From: Acidimicrobiales bacterium
GTDB lineage: Bacteria > Actinomycetota > Acidimicrobiia > Acidimicrobiales > AC-14
Assembly (NCBI GenBank): GCA_031370985.1
Contig: JANMRJ010000542.1
Span: forward strand, 1-24,000
Direction: 5' to 3'
DNA: 24,000 nucleotides
This document shows positions 1 through 7,900 of the stretch, in pieces. Positions within the stretch are counted from its first letter, which is position 1. Every line of letters begins with the position of its first letter. The position numbers and the translations under genes were made by a program. The notes under the pieces are model-generated. The model saw only the letters and a program-made list of their open reading frames with translations. It was not told the origin of the DNA and did not search any database.

Positions 1-1278
1 GACCTCTTCGAGCAGTTGCGATCGAAGCGGCAGGATGGCGGCGAGCGAGGCCAGGATCGTCGTCAGCGAGATCGCCACGATTCCCGAGCGACCGATGGCA
101 TCGGCGAAGCCGGCCGACAGCAGTTCCTCGCGGAACAGGCCCAGCCCGATCAGGGCGCCGATTGCGACGCCGACGATCGAGCCGACCAGGGCGGTGATCA
201 CGGTCCCGGCCATGAACACCTTCCAGAGCTGGATTCGGGTGGCACCGCGCGATCGGAGCAATGCCGCGTGGCGGCGTGTGGCATCGGCCGTGGCGTCGGC
301 GGCAAATCGCGAGAGGGCCAGAGCAAGGAAGATCCCCGGCAGGGCCAGGAAGATGAACAGGATCTGGCCCCAGGCGAGGTCGCTCGCAAGGGGCTCGAGC
401 GAGGCGCTGGCATCGTCGACCCACTGGAATGCGCCCGCACCCTGCTTCTCGACCCGGCGCCGGATCGAATCGAGCCACGTCGACGCGGCGACGGGATCGC
501 CCGGCAGCTGCGCATGGTCCAGCTGGACGTGGAGCTCTCGACGGACCGCCGGATCCGCTGCGAACACGGGCGAGGCGGCACCGGCGGCCTGCCCGGTGGT
601 CGTCGGATCGGACGCCGCCGCGCCGGCCGGGATCTTCGGCAGCACCGCCGATTCGAGATCGGCACGGCTCATGACGGCGACATTCGTCGGCGAGTTGGCG
701 CCAGCGGCGCGGTGCGCGGCATCGATCGGTCCGAGGAGCAGGTCCGCGCCGTCGATCGAGATCACACCGGACACGGTCAGGCTGATCGACGCCCCGCCGG
801 GCAGGCTGAACACGATCGAGTCACCGGGCACGACGCCGAGGTTCGAGGCGAGGTCGCGACTGATCCCGATCTGGCCGGGTGCGACCGAACCGGACGACGG
901 ACCGAACAGGCCGGTGGCCGCCGTATAGCCCGGGTCGATGCCGACGAGCACGCCGACGCTGGTCTGGGTGGCAGTCCCGGCCTTCGATGCCGCGGCGCTG
1001 TCGAAGTGGGCGAGGTCGAACGGGGCCACCGTCTTGACGGCCGGATCGGCCACGAGCAGGGCGGCGCTGCTGCTGGCGTCAGCCGCGGGAGCGAGGATGA
1101 CCTGGGCATCGATGGCCAGGCTGGCCAGGGCTCGCCGGGTCACGGTGGTGCCCGACGCGGCGCCGAACAGCAGCACGCTGGTGATGAGCGACGACGCGAG
1201 CGCCACTCCGACGAGCGCGGCAAGCGATCGACGTGGCTCGCGGATGACGAGCCGGAGCGCGTGCCCGACGAGGTTCAT
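1..1278 (-). CDS. ABC transporter permease, FtsX/MacB type (first 426 codons; 3' end lies beyond window start)
   Basis: Absent from the ORF track because it has no in-window stop. Hand translation of the minus strand from ATG (1278-1276) gives MNLVGHALRLVIREPRRSLAALVGVALASSLITSVLLFGAAS..., an N-terminal TM helix. A roughly 270-aa extracytoplasmic domain follows, then ...LAWGQILFIFLALPGIFLALALSRF...RSRGATRIQLWKVFMAGTVITALVGSIVGVAIGALIGLGLF, which are FtsX-domain helices. The frame stays open to position 1. The start forms an ATGA overlap with the stop of the upstream ATPase (1275-1278). GC3 is high. Confidence 0.8.
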   Translation of the reverse strand, partial: MNLVGHALRLVIREPRRSLAALVGVALASSLITSVLLFGAASGTTVTRRALASLAIDAQVILAPAADASSSAALLVADPAVKTVAPFDLAHFDSAAASKAGTATQTSVGVLVGIDPGYTAATGLFGPSSGSVAPGQIGISRDLASNLGVVPGDSIVFSLPGGASISLTVSGVISIDGADLLLGPIDAAHRAAGANSPTNVAVMSRADLESAVLPKIPAGAAASDPTTTGQAAGAASPVFAADPAVRRELHVQLDHAQLPGDPVAASTWLDSIRRRVEKQGAGAFQWVDDASASLEPLASDLAWGQILFIFLALPGIFLALALSRFAADATADATRRHAALLRSRGATRIQLWKVFMAGTVITALVGSIVGVAIGALIGLGLFREELLSAGFADAIGRSGIVAISLTTILASLAAILPLRSQLLEEV

Positions 1279-1979
1279 GCCCGGGTGCCTGCCGTCAAGC
1301 GGCCGTCCCGCATCGCGTAGCGCTGATCGGCGCGCGCCGCGCTCACGGGATCGTGGGTGACGAGGAGGAGGTTCGCTCCGCGCCGGCGGACGGCGCCCAC
1401 CAGGAGCGCCAGGACGCCGGCCGCATTGTCCTCGTCGAGGCTGCCGGTCGGCTCGTCGGCGAGGATCAGCGCCGGATCGATGACGAGGGCGCGGGCGACG
1501 CCCACTCGCTGGCGTTCGCCACCGGAGAGCTCGTCAACTCGGGCGCCGATGACATGACCGAGGCCGACCTCCTCGAGGACGGATCGGGAACGGGCCGTGC
1601 GCTCTTCCTCTGGCACGTTTGCGAGCAGCAGCGGCAGCCCGACGTTCTCGACGACCGGCAGGCTCGCGATCAGGCCGAACGACTGGAAGATGATCCCGAT
1701 TTGACGCTGGCGGAGGCGGGCACGCTCGGCTCCGGACAGCCGCGAGAGGTCATGGCCGAGGACGGTGACCGTTCCGTCATCGGGCGGTTCGAGGCCGGCG
1801 AGAAGGCCGAGTAGGGTCGTCTTGCCCGAGCCCGACGGTCCCTCGATCGCGACGAAGGTTCCGGGCTCGACGGTGAGGTCCACGCGATCGACGGCCACGA
1901 CCGGATCGATCCCGGTTCCGACGTAGCGCCGGGTCAGGCCGATGCACCGGATCACGCTGGTACCGGCGATGACGCTCAT
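1275..1979 (-). CDS. ABC transporter ATP-binding protein (MacB/LolD-like ATPase), second of two
   Basis: 234-aa ORF. Walker A is GPSGSGKTTLL, Q-loop FQ, ABC signature LSGGERQRVGVA, Walker B ILADEPTGSLD and H-loop THD. ATGA overlaps occur at both ends (with 1976..2722 upstream and the permease downstream). Confidence 0.95.
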   Translation of the reverse strand: MSVIAGTSVIRCIGLTRRYVGTGIDPVVAVDRVDLTVEPGTFVAIEGPSGSGKTTLLGLLAGLEPPDDGTVTVLGHDLSRLSGAERARLRQRQIGIIFQSFGLIASLPVVENVGLPLLLANVPEEERTARSRSVLEEVGLGHVIGARVDELSGGERQRVGVARALVIDPALILADEPTGSLDEDNAAGVLALLVGAVRRRGANLLLVTHDPVSAARADQRYAMRDGRLTAGTRA

Positions 1980-2722
1980 CCCGGTCCCCGCTCGCCGACG
2001 ACTCGACCGTCCCGGAGTTCGATGATCCGCCCGGCGCGGCGCGCGACCTCGGGGTCGTGCGTCGCGAGGACGAGGGTCATGCCGTCGGCGATGTGGATCT
2101 CCTCGAGCAGATCGAGCAGGATGGTCGCGTTGGCCGTGTCGAGCTCGCCGGTGATCTCGTCGGCGAGGACAATCGGAGGCCGCGAGATGACGACGGCGGC
2201 GAGGGCGGCCCGCTGCTGCTCGCCCCCCGAGAGCTGGGCGGGACGGTGATCGGCCCGTCCGTCGAGACCGACCCGGCTCAGTGCGGCCGACGCGGTCGAG
2301 CCGTCGATCGGCCGACCCGCCAGCAGTGCGGCCAGTTCGATGTTCTCCCGCAACGTCAGGAACGGCACGAGGTTCTGGCTCTGGAAGACGATGCCGACCC
2401 GCGACCCGCGCACGGTCGCTCGTGCGCTCTCCTCCGCCCGCGACAGGTCGACACCGTCGACGACGACGCGCCCGGCCGTCGGCCGATCGGAGCCGGCGAG
2501 CAGCTGGAGCAGGGTCGATTTGCCGGAGCCTGAACGGCCCATGATCGCGACGAATTCGCCCGGGGCGATCGACAGGTCGACCCCGCGCAGGGCGATCGTC
2601 TCGACGTCGACCTCGCGAAACACCCGGATGACGTCGCGGAGCTCGATGATCGGCGCCGTCGGCGATGCCGCGAGCGCGCCCGACCCGGTGGCGACGGGCG
2701 ATTGATGGACCATCATGCCCAC
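1976..2722 (-). CDS. ABC transporter ATP-binding protein, first of two
   Basis: 248-aa ORF. Walker A is GRSGSGKSTLL, signature LSGGEQQRAALA, Walker B VLADEITGELD and H-loop THD. The track start is GTG at 2722. An ATG at 2716 forms an ATGA overlap with the lipoprotein stop (2713-2715) and is an equally likely start. Confidence 0.93.
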   Translation of the reverse strand: MGMMVHQSPVATGSGALAASPTAPIIELRDVIRVFREVDVETIALRGVDLSIAPGEFVAIMGRSGSGKSTLLQLLAGSDRPTAGRVVVDGVDLSRAEESARATVRGSRVGIVFQSQNLVPFLTLRENIELAALLAGRPIDGSTASAALSRVGLDGRADHRPAQLSGGEQQRAALAAVVISRPPIVLADEITGELDTANATILLDLLEEIHIADGMTLVLATHDPEVARRAGRIIELRDGRVVGERGPG

Positions 2723-3405
2723 GTGAAGCTCTGCATCATCTGGCGGAAGGCGTCGACGTTGTCGACTCCGTCGGGCGTGGAAAGGCTGATGATCGCGAGG
2801 CCGGCCGGACCCGGGACGTAGTAGCGGTCGACGGTCGAGGGGACCTGCTTGCCGGTGACCGGATCCGGCGGAGCCGGCAGGTGGAAGACGAGATGGACAT
2901 CGGTCGCGCTGCCGACCTTCACGGTGTCCTGCCTGACCAGCTTGAAGCCGGATTGCGCCTGGAGCGCGGGCAGGTCCGTTGACGAGACATACCCCGTCGC
3001 GTCGGTCGGAGCGACGATCGCGACGGTCTCCGAGCTGTCCTTGTCGCGGATCACGACCCCGTCCGGCTGCGGAGTGACCTGCCAGCCCTCGACGTACTGG
3101 ATCGAGAATGCCGGCGTCCCGCCGCGGAACCGGAGGAAGACGGCGTTGTCCGGGATGTCGCCCGCGGCGGTCGTGCCGCCCGACTCGGGCGCCGCCGACT
3201 CGACCCGGCTGGCGTTGGGAGACGCCACGTCACCAGACGACGTCGCGGTCGTGTCGGGGCTGGCCGCGGTCGCACCCGGCGCTGCGGTCGGGGCGACGCT
3301 GGACGGCGCCTGGGAGGGCGCGCCGCTGCCGCAGGCCGCGACAGCGATCGCGAGCATCGGCACGATGAGCAGGGGCACGAGACGGCGATCGGAAACGGAA
3401 CGCAT
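2713..3405 (-). CDS. Putative lipoprotein of unknown function (230 aa)
   Basis: This is the C-terminal part of the 2713..4203 ORF. The internal ATG at 3405 is preceded by GAGG 4 nt upstream. The N-terminus MRSVSDRRLVPLLIVPMLAIAVAACGSG is a signal peptide with lipobox V-A-A-C. An Ala/Pro/Ser/Thr-rich linker follows, then a roughly 150-aa globular domain (FSIQYVEGWQVTPQPDGVVIRDK...). The upstream 266 codons of the track ORF are Arg/Pro-rich and overlap the kinase gene in another frame. Confidence 0.75.
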   Translation of the reverse strand: MRSVSDRRLVPLLIVPMLAIAVAACGSGAPSQAPSSVAPTAAPGATAASPDTTATSSGDVASPNASRVESAAPESGGTTAAGDIPDNAVFLRFRGGTPAFSIQYVEGWQVTPQPDGVVIRDKDSSETVAIVAPTDATGYVSSTDLPALQAQSGFKLVRQDTVKVGSATDVHLVFHLPAPPDPVTGKQVPSTVDRYYVPGPAGLAIISLSTPDGVDNVDAFRQMMQSFTWA

Positions 3406-3476
3406 GAAACCTCGCTGGATCCGAGCCGACAGTTCGTCGGCGTGTTGCCGCGGACCATCGCCCGCCGACATGAACC

Positions 3477-4448
3477 TCACCTGAGCCGCGGCAGGCTCAG
3501 GCGGAACGTGGCACCGGCGCCGGCCTCGCTGGCGACCGTCAACCGGCCGCCGTTGCGCTGGGCGAGGCCGCGTCCGATCGCGAGGCCGAGGCCATTGCCG
3601 CCCGGCGCGCCGGTGTCGGCGCGGACCCGGTGGAAGGGCTCGAAGATGCGCTCGAGGTCGGCCGCTGCGATCCCCGGACCGCTGTCCGTGACATCGACGA
3701 TGGCGTCCCGGTCCGTCGATCGGGTGGCAATCCGGACCGAATCGGCGGCGGCGCCGCCTCCATACCGGAAGGCGTTGTCGAGGAGATTCGCCACGACCCG
3801 GCCGACCTCGTCCGGGTCGGCCACGACGCGCAGGTCCTCGACGAGGGCGACGCGGGGTCGAGGCAGATCGGGGTGGGCGACCGCGAATGCCTCGACGGTC
3901 TCGGCGACCAGGACCGACAGGTCGACGGCTTCGGGCCGGCTGGTCGGAAGCTCGTCGGCTCTGGCGAGCAGCAGGAGATCGTTGGTGAGGCGCGTCAGCC
4001 GGTCGGCGGAGGTCGCGACGACACCGAGCGCGCGCCGGAGGTGGTCGGTGGACGCCGCGCCGGGGTCCTCGAGCGCGCCTTCCGCGGACGCACGGATCGC
4101 CGCAAGGGGCGTCCGCATCTCGTGCGACGCGTCGGCGACGAACCGGCGTTGTCGCGCGTGGGACTCCCGGATCGGGCGGAGGGTCCGGCCGGCCAGGACC
4201 CACGCGATCAACCCGACGAGCACCACGACCAGCAGGTCGCCGATCAGCAGGGCAAGGCCAAGCTGATCGAGGGAGGCCTGATAGCCGGCCTCCGCGGCCT
4301 GCTCGTTCGAAAGCTCCGGGGCGAGGTCGAAGGTCGGTGACAGGACGGTCGCGAACGCCACATAGAAGATGACACTGAACGCGGCCAGGACGAGTCCGAA
4401 CAGGACGATGTTCAGGACGGTCAGCCGGACTCGAGCCTGCTTGAACAT
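3477..4448 (-). CDS. Sensor histidine kinase (two TM helices, ~30-aa external loop)
   Basis: 323-aa ORF. H-box FVADASHEMRTPL, N-box LLDNAFRYG, G1 DSGPGI and G2 GLGLAI are present. The N-terminus has two hydrophobic helices (LTVLNIVLFGLVLAAFSVIFYVAF and LGLALLIGDLLVVVLVGLIAWVLAG) separated by about 30 residues. The start overlaps the RR stop by 1 nt (TGATG at 4446-4450). Confidence 0.92.
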   Translation of the reverse strand: MFKQARVRLTVLNIVLFGLVLAAFSVIFYVAFATVLSPTFDLAPELSNEQAAEAGYQASLDQLGLALLIGDLLVVVLVGLIAWVLAGRTLRPIRESHARQRRFVADASHEMRTPLAAIRASAEGALEDPGAASTDHLRRALGVVATSADRLTRLTNDLLLLARADELPTSRPEAVDLSVLVAETVEAFAVAHPDLPRPRVALVEDLRVVADPDEVGRVVANLLDNAFRYGGGAAADSVRIATRSTDRDAIVDVTDSGPGIAAADLERIFEPFHRVRADTGAPGGNGLGLAIGRGLAQRNGGRLTVASEAGAGATFRLSLPRLR

Positions 4449-5128
4449 CAGGCGTCCACGCCGGTCCGGATCCGATAGCCCGACCCGCGGACCGTCTCGA
4501 TCAGCCCATCGCGTCGCCCGTCATCGACCTTTCGACGAAGGCTCCGGATGTAGACCTCGACGATGTTCGACTCGGCCGCGAAGTCGGCGTCCCACAGGCT
4601 CTCGATGAGCCGCTCCCGGGTGAACAGCTGGCCCGGGTGGCGGGCGAGGAGCTCGAGCAGAGCAAACTCGCGGGCCGTCAGGCGGATGTGCCGGCCGGCC
4701 CGCGTCACGCCCAGGGACGACGGATCGAGCATCAGGTCGCCGACCTCGATCGTTGGCGCGCGGTCCTCGTTACGCCGCCGGCCGAGCGCCCGGACCCGGG
4801 CCCGGAGCTCGTCCATGCTGAATGGCTTCGCGAGATAGTCGTCGGCACCCCGGTCGAGGCCGGTGATCCGATCGTTGACGTCGTCGAGCGCCGTGAGCAT
4901 GAGGATCGGCGCACCGAAGCCGGCTCGACGCAGCTCCGAGCAGACCGCGAAGCCATCGATCCCGGGCAGGATGACGTCGAGGATGACCAGGTCGTAGGGA
5001 TAGGCATCCGACCATTCGAGCGCCGTTCGCCCGTCGCCCACGGCGTCGACCGCGTGGCCATCGGCGGTCAGGGCACCCTTCACCGCATCCGCGATGTCGA
5101 TCTCGTCCTCGACGACGAGGATGCGCAT
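4448..5128 (-). CDS. OmpR/PhoB-family response regulator (226 aa)
   Basis: This is the C-terminal part of the 4448..5803 ORF, starting at the internal ATG 5128 (MRILVVEDEIDIADAV...). The receiver domain shows DLVILDVILPGIDG and KPF. The winged-helix output shows LTAREFALLELLARHPGQLFTRERL...GSGYRI. GAGG lies about 10 nt upstream of the ATG. The 225 upstream codons are Arg-rich and antisense to cydA. Confidence 0.95.
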   Translation of the reverse strand: MRILVVEDEIDIADAVKGALTADGHAVDAVGDGRTALEWSDAYPYDLVILDVILPGIDGFAVCSELRRAGFGAPILMLTALDDVNDRITGLDRGADDYLAKPFSMDELRARVRALGRRRNEDRAPTIEVGDLMLDPSSLGVTRAGRHIRLTAREFALLELLARHPGQLFTRERLIESLWDADFAAESNIVEVYIRSLRRKVDDGRRDGLIETVRGSGYRIRTGVDA

Positions 5129-5181
5129 GTCAGAGGACCTCTGGGAAGGCGTGCTGGAGGTGCGGCCGATCCTAGGCCGTT

Positions 5182-5206
5182 GCGTCCGAACGCGTCCGAA
5201 CGCATC
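5182..5206. promoter_or_regulatory. Exact 10-bp tandem direct repeat GCGTCCGAAC x2 (+ partial GCATC) in the divergent RR / cydA intergenic region; candidate response-regulator box
   Basis: Read directly as t-GCGTCCGAAC-GCGTCCGAAC-GCATC. It lies 54-78 nt upstream of the RR start codon (5128, minus strand). OmpR/PhoB-family regulators typically bind direct repeats with a 10-11 bp period. The functional assignment is inference only. Confidence 0.3.
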
Positions 5207-5444
5207 TCGCATGCCGAATCCGCCGGGTCGCCGCCGACCATCCGGTCCCGGCTCGGGGGAGCCAGGTCGCGCGACGGTCGGCGGTGGGACGACTGTGGCG
5301 CGAACGAGATGAATCCCCGATGAATGAACGGCGGTCGCGGGCGCTCGACAGCCGTGGCCCGCTCGCGGGTCGTCGAACACGCGGGTACGATGGGCTCGTC
5401 GTGAAACCGACTGACCGCCCGACCCCCCTCGATCGGCGACATTC

Positions 5445-6860
5445 GTGATTCCGGCGCTCGGGCTTCTCACCATCGATCCCGGCGAGCTCGTCGCCGCGCG
5501 GTCGCAGATGGCGTTCACGCTCGGCTTCCACATCATCCTCGCGTGCCTCGGCGTCGGCTTGCCCAGTCTCGTCCTCGTCGCCAACGCGATCGGCCTTCGG
5601 CGGCGCGATCCGGTCGCCCTCCTCCTCGCCCGGCGCTGGTCGTTGATCATGGCGGTGACGTTCGCGGTCGGAGCCGTGACCGGAACCGTCCTGAGCTTCG
5701 AGATGGGCCTCCTCTGGCCGGTCCTGATGGGTCGCTTCGGGGGTGCCTTCGGGATCCCGTTTGCGATCGAGGGCCTGTTCTTCTTCCTCGAGGCGATCTT
5801 CATCGCGATCTACATCTATGGCTGGGAGCGACTCTCGCCTCGCGCCCACCTGGCCAGCGGCATCCCGGTGGCCCTGGCCGGACTGGGCGGAACGTTCTCG
5901 GTCATCGCGGCGAACAGCTGGATGAACCAGCCGGCGGGCTTCACGATCGGGGCGGACGGTCGGGTCGCCGCGGTCGATCCGCTGGCGGTGATCTTCAACC
6001 GGGCGACCTGGTACGAGGTCCCGCACATGCTCCTTGCCGCCTATCTCGTGACCGGATTCCTCCTCGCGTCCGTCTACGCGGTCGGGCTGCTGCGGGGGCA
6101 CCGCGACCGGTACGTGCGGCTCGGCTTCGCGATCCCGTTCGTGGTGGCCGCGATCGCGGCGCCGATCCAGGTCGCGGTCGGCGACATCGCGGCGCGGGCC
6201 GTGTTCGAGGACCAGCCGGCGAAGTTCGCCGCGATGGAGCTGATCACCCGGAGCGGCCCGAATCAGCCGGTCACGATCGGCGGGGTGCTCGTCGGCGATG
6301 AGGTCGTCGGCGGTCTCGCGATCCCGAACCTCGGCTCGATCCTTGCCGGCTTCAGCCCGGACACGCCGATCACCGGCTTCGACGCGATTCCGCTCGACCA
6401 GCGCCCGCCGGCAACGATCGTCCATCTGGCCTGGGACGCGATGGTCGGTATCGGGACGGCCCTCGTCGTGCTCGGGTTGTGGGGCCTGGTGCTCCGCCTT
6501 CGAAAGCGCGACCATGCCACCGCCCGCTGGTTCCTCCGGGCAGCGGCGCTCGCGGGTGGCGGCGCGATCGTTGCCCTCGAGGCCGGCTGGATCGTGACGG
6601 AGGTCGGGCGCCAGCCGTGGGTCGTGTACCTCGTCCTCCGGACCGCCGACGCCGTCTCGCAGTCGGGCGGAATCCGGATCACGTTCGCGGCCGTCATCGC
6701 GCTCTACTCGGTTCTGGGGATCGCGACGATCGCCATCCTGCGGACGATGACCCGGCGCTGGGCCACCGCCGATGCGGCGGCCGGCGGACGGGCCACTGCG
6801 GAGGGCGACGGTCGCCACGCTGGCGAGCGCGTCCCGTACGGCCCGCCCGACGATCGATGA
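5445..6860 (+). CDS. cydA: Cytochrome bd-type ubiquinol/menaquinol oxidase subunit I
   Basis: 471-aa polytopic membrane ORF with the family hallmarks: an N-terminal SQMAFTLGFHIILACLGVG (His in helix 1), FEMGLLWP, AIEGLFFFLEAIFIAIYIYGW, EVPHMLLAAY and GRQPWVVY. The start is GTG at 5445 with a weak SD. The stop overlaps the cydB start (ATGA at 6857-6860). Confidence 0.93.
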   Translation: MIPALGLLTIDPGELVAARSQMAFTLGFHIILACLGVGLPSLVLVANAIGLRRRDPVALLLARRWSLIMAVTFAVGAVTGTVLSFEMGLLWPVLMGRFGGAFGIPFAIEGLFFFLEAIFIAIYIYGWERLSPRAHLASGIPVALAGLGGTFSVIAANSWMNQPAGFTIGADGRVAAVDPLAVIFNRATWYEVPHMLLAAYLVTGFLLASVYAVGLLRGHRDRYVRLGFAIPFVVAAIAAPIQVAVGDIAARAVFEDQPAKFAAMELITRSGPNQPVTIGGVLVGDEVVGGLAIPNLGSILAGFSPDTPITGFDAIPLDQRPPATIVHLAWDAMVGIGTALVVLGLWGLVLRLRKRDHATARWFLRAAALAGGGAIVALEAGWIVTEVGRQPWVVYLVLRTADAVSQSGGIRITFAAVIALYSVLGIATIAILRTMTRRWATADAAAGGRATAEGDGRHAGERVPYGPPDDR

Positions 6861-7900
6861 CCCTCGTCGACCTCACCGCGGTCGTCCTGTGGCTCGGCGT
6901 CACGACCTACGCGGTCTTCGGCGGGGCCGACTTCGGAGCCGGGTTCTGGGACCTGGTATCCGGACGCGGCGCCCAGGGCGAGCGGTCCCGAGGCTTGATC
7001 GCGGCCGCGATCGGGCCGGTTTGGGAGGCGAACCACACCTGGCTGATCTTCGACATCGTGATCCTGTGGACCGCGTTTCCGGCCGCGTTTGCCGCGATCA
7101 TGTCGAGCCTGTTCATCCCGATCAGCCTGGCCGCCGTCGGGATCGTCCTGCGCGGGGCAGCCTTCGCGTTCCGGCCGGTCATCGGCAGCGCCCGCGGGCG
7201 CCGGATCACGACGGCGATCTTTGCGGCATCGTCGGTGATGACACCGTTCTTCCTCGGCGCGGCCGGCGGCGGGATCGCCAGTGGCCGGGTCTCGCTCGAG
7301 CCGGGCGGCGGTGACCTCGTCGGGAGCTGGCTCAACCCGACCTCCGTCCTCGTCGGGCTGATGGCGGTCTCGGTCTGCGCCTACGTGGCAGCAGTCTTCC
7401 TCGTGGCCGATGCACGACGGCTCGGCCAGGCCGACCTCGCGTCCCTGTTCCTGCGGCGAGCGCGCGGCGCGGCGATCGTCACCGGCGGGCTGGCGGTGAT
7501 CGGAATTCTCGTGCTCGCGATCGACGCGCCGGTCCTTGCCGGCGAGCTGACCGGTCGGGGCTGGCCGCTCGTCACGGCAGGCCTCGTGCTCGGCGGCGCC
7601 GCGCTCGTCGCGATCGGGCAACGCGCACCGGTCGGGACGCGCCCGCTCGCGGTCGGGGCGGTGGTGGCGGTGATCTGGGGCTGGGGCGTGGCCCAATATC
7701 CCGACATCCTGCCGCGCACCCTGTCGCTCGCCGATGCCGCCGCGCCCGCCGGCTCACTCTCGTCGTTGCTGGTGGTGTTCGTCGTTGCGGCGCTGCTGAT
7801 CGCCCCGTCGCTCGCGCTTCTCTTCTGGTTGACCCAGCAGAACCGGCTGGCAGGCCACGCTCCGGAGGTGGTCGGCGACCCGGCGGCCCGGGTGGACTGA
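6857..7900 (+). CDS. cydB: Cytochrome bd-type oxidase subunit II (347 aa)
   Basis: The internal ATG at 6857 of the 6479..7900 ORF gives MTLVDLTAVVLWLGVTTYAVFGGADFGAGFWDL.... The protein is hydrophobic throughout (about 8-9 helices) and has the size and position expected for CydB. It overlaps cydA by ATGA. Confidence 0.88.
   Translation: MTLVDLTAVVLWLGVTTYAVFGGADFGAGFWDLVSGRGAQGERSRGLIAAAIGPVWEANHTWLIFDIVILWTAFPAAFAAIMSSLFIPISLAAVGIVLRGAAFAFRPVIGSARGRRITTAIFAASSVMTPFFLGAAGGGIASGRVSLEPGGGDLVGSWLNPTSVLVGLMAVSVCAYVAAVFLVADARRLGQADLASLFLRRARGAAIVTGGLAVIGILVLAIDAPVLAGELTGRGWPLVTAGLVLGGAALVAIGQRAPVGTRPLAVGAVVAVIWGWGVAQYPDILPRTLSLADAAAPAGSLSSLLVVFVVAALLIAPSLALLFWLTQQNRLAGHAPEVVGDPAARVD

Noticed and set aside
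16-1320. 434-aa plus-strand ORF (and the nested ORFs 35..928 and 938..1360)
   Set aside because: It is Arg/Gly/Asp-rich low-complexity translation. It lies exactly antisense to a minus-strand frame that translates into a convincing FtsX/MacB-type permease with an ATGA-coupled start. This is a typical high-GC shadow ORF.
3406-4203. N-terminal 266 codons of the 496-aa ORF 2713..4203
   Set aside because: The translation is an Arg/Pro-rich string (RRRRVARDADAP...RPGRGRPGRG) that overlaps the histidine kinase gene in another frame on the same strand. The credible protein starts at the internal ATG 3405, with an SD and a lipoprotein signal peptide.
1-5128. Calling the TCS/ABC module a bona fide BceRS-BceAB bacitracin-type system
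   Set aside because: It has two separate ATPase genes and an extra lipoprotein. The kinase has a ~30-residue loop, and the host is high-GC. These features do not match the canonical single-ATPase BceAB/BceS architecture. I kept it as a generic FtsX/MacB-type module of unknown substrate.
5320-5448. 42-codon upstream ORF (MNERRSRALDSRGPLAGRRTRGYDGLVVKPTDRPTPLDRRHS) whose TGA overlaps the GTG start of cydA (GTGA)
   Set aside because: The stop/start overlap is tempting as a coupling uORF for the SD-poor cydA start. However, the ORF has no SD of its own and its GC3 is about 68%. Its product is Arg-rich and featureless. I judge it to be chance, although Ribo-seq could revisit this.
5129-5803. N-terminal 225 codons of the 451-aa ORF 4448..5803
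   Set aside because: It is Arg-rich and runs through the intergenic region and antisense into cydA. The response regulator clearly begins at MRILVVEDE (ATG 5128).
5172-6818. 548-aa minus-strand ORF
   Set aside because: It is antisense to cydA and extremely Arg/Asp/Glu/Pro-rich, with no hydrophobic segments or motifs. It is a shadow ORF.
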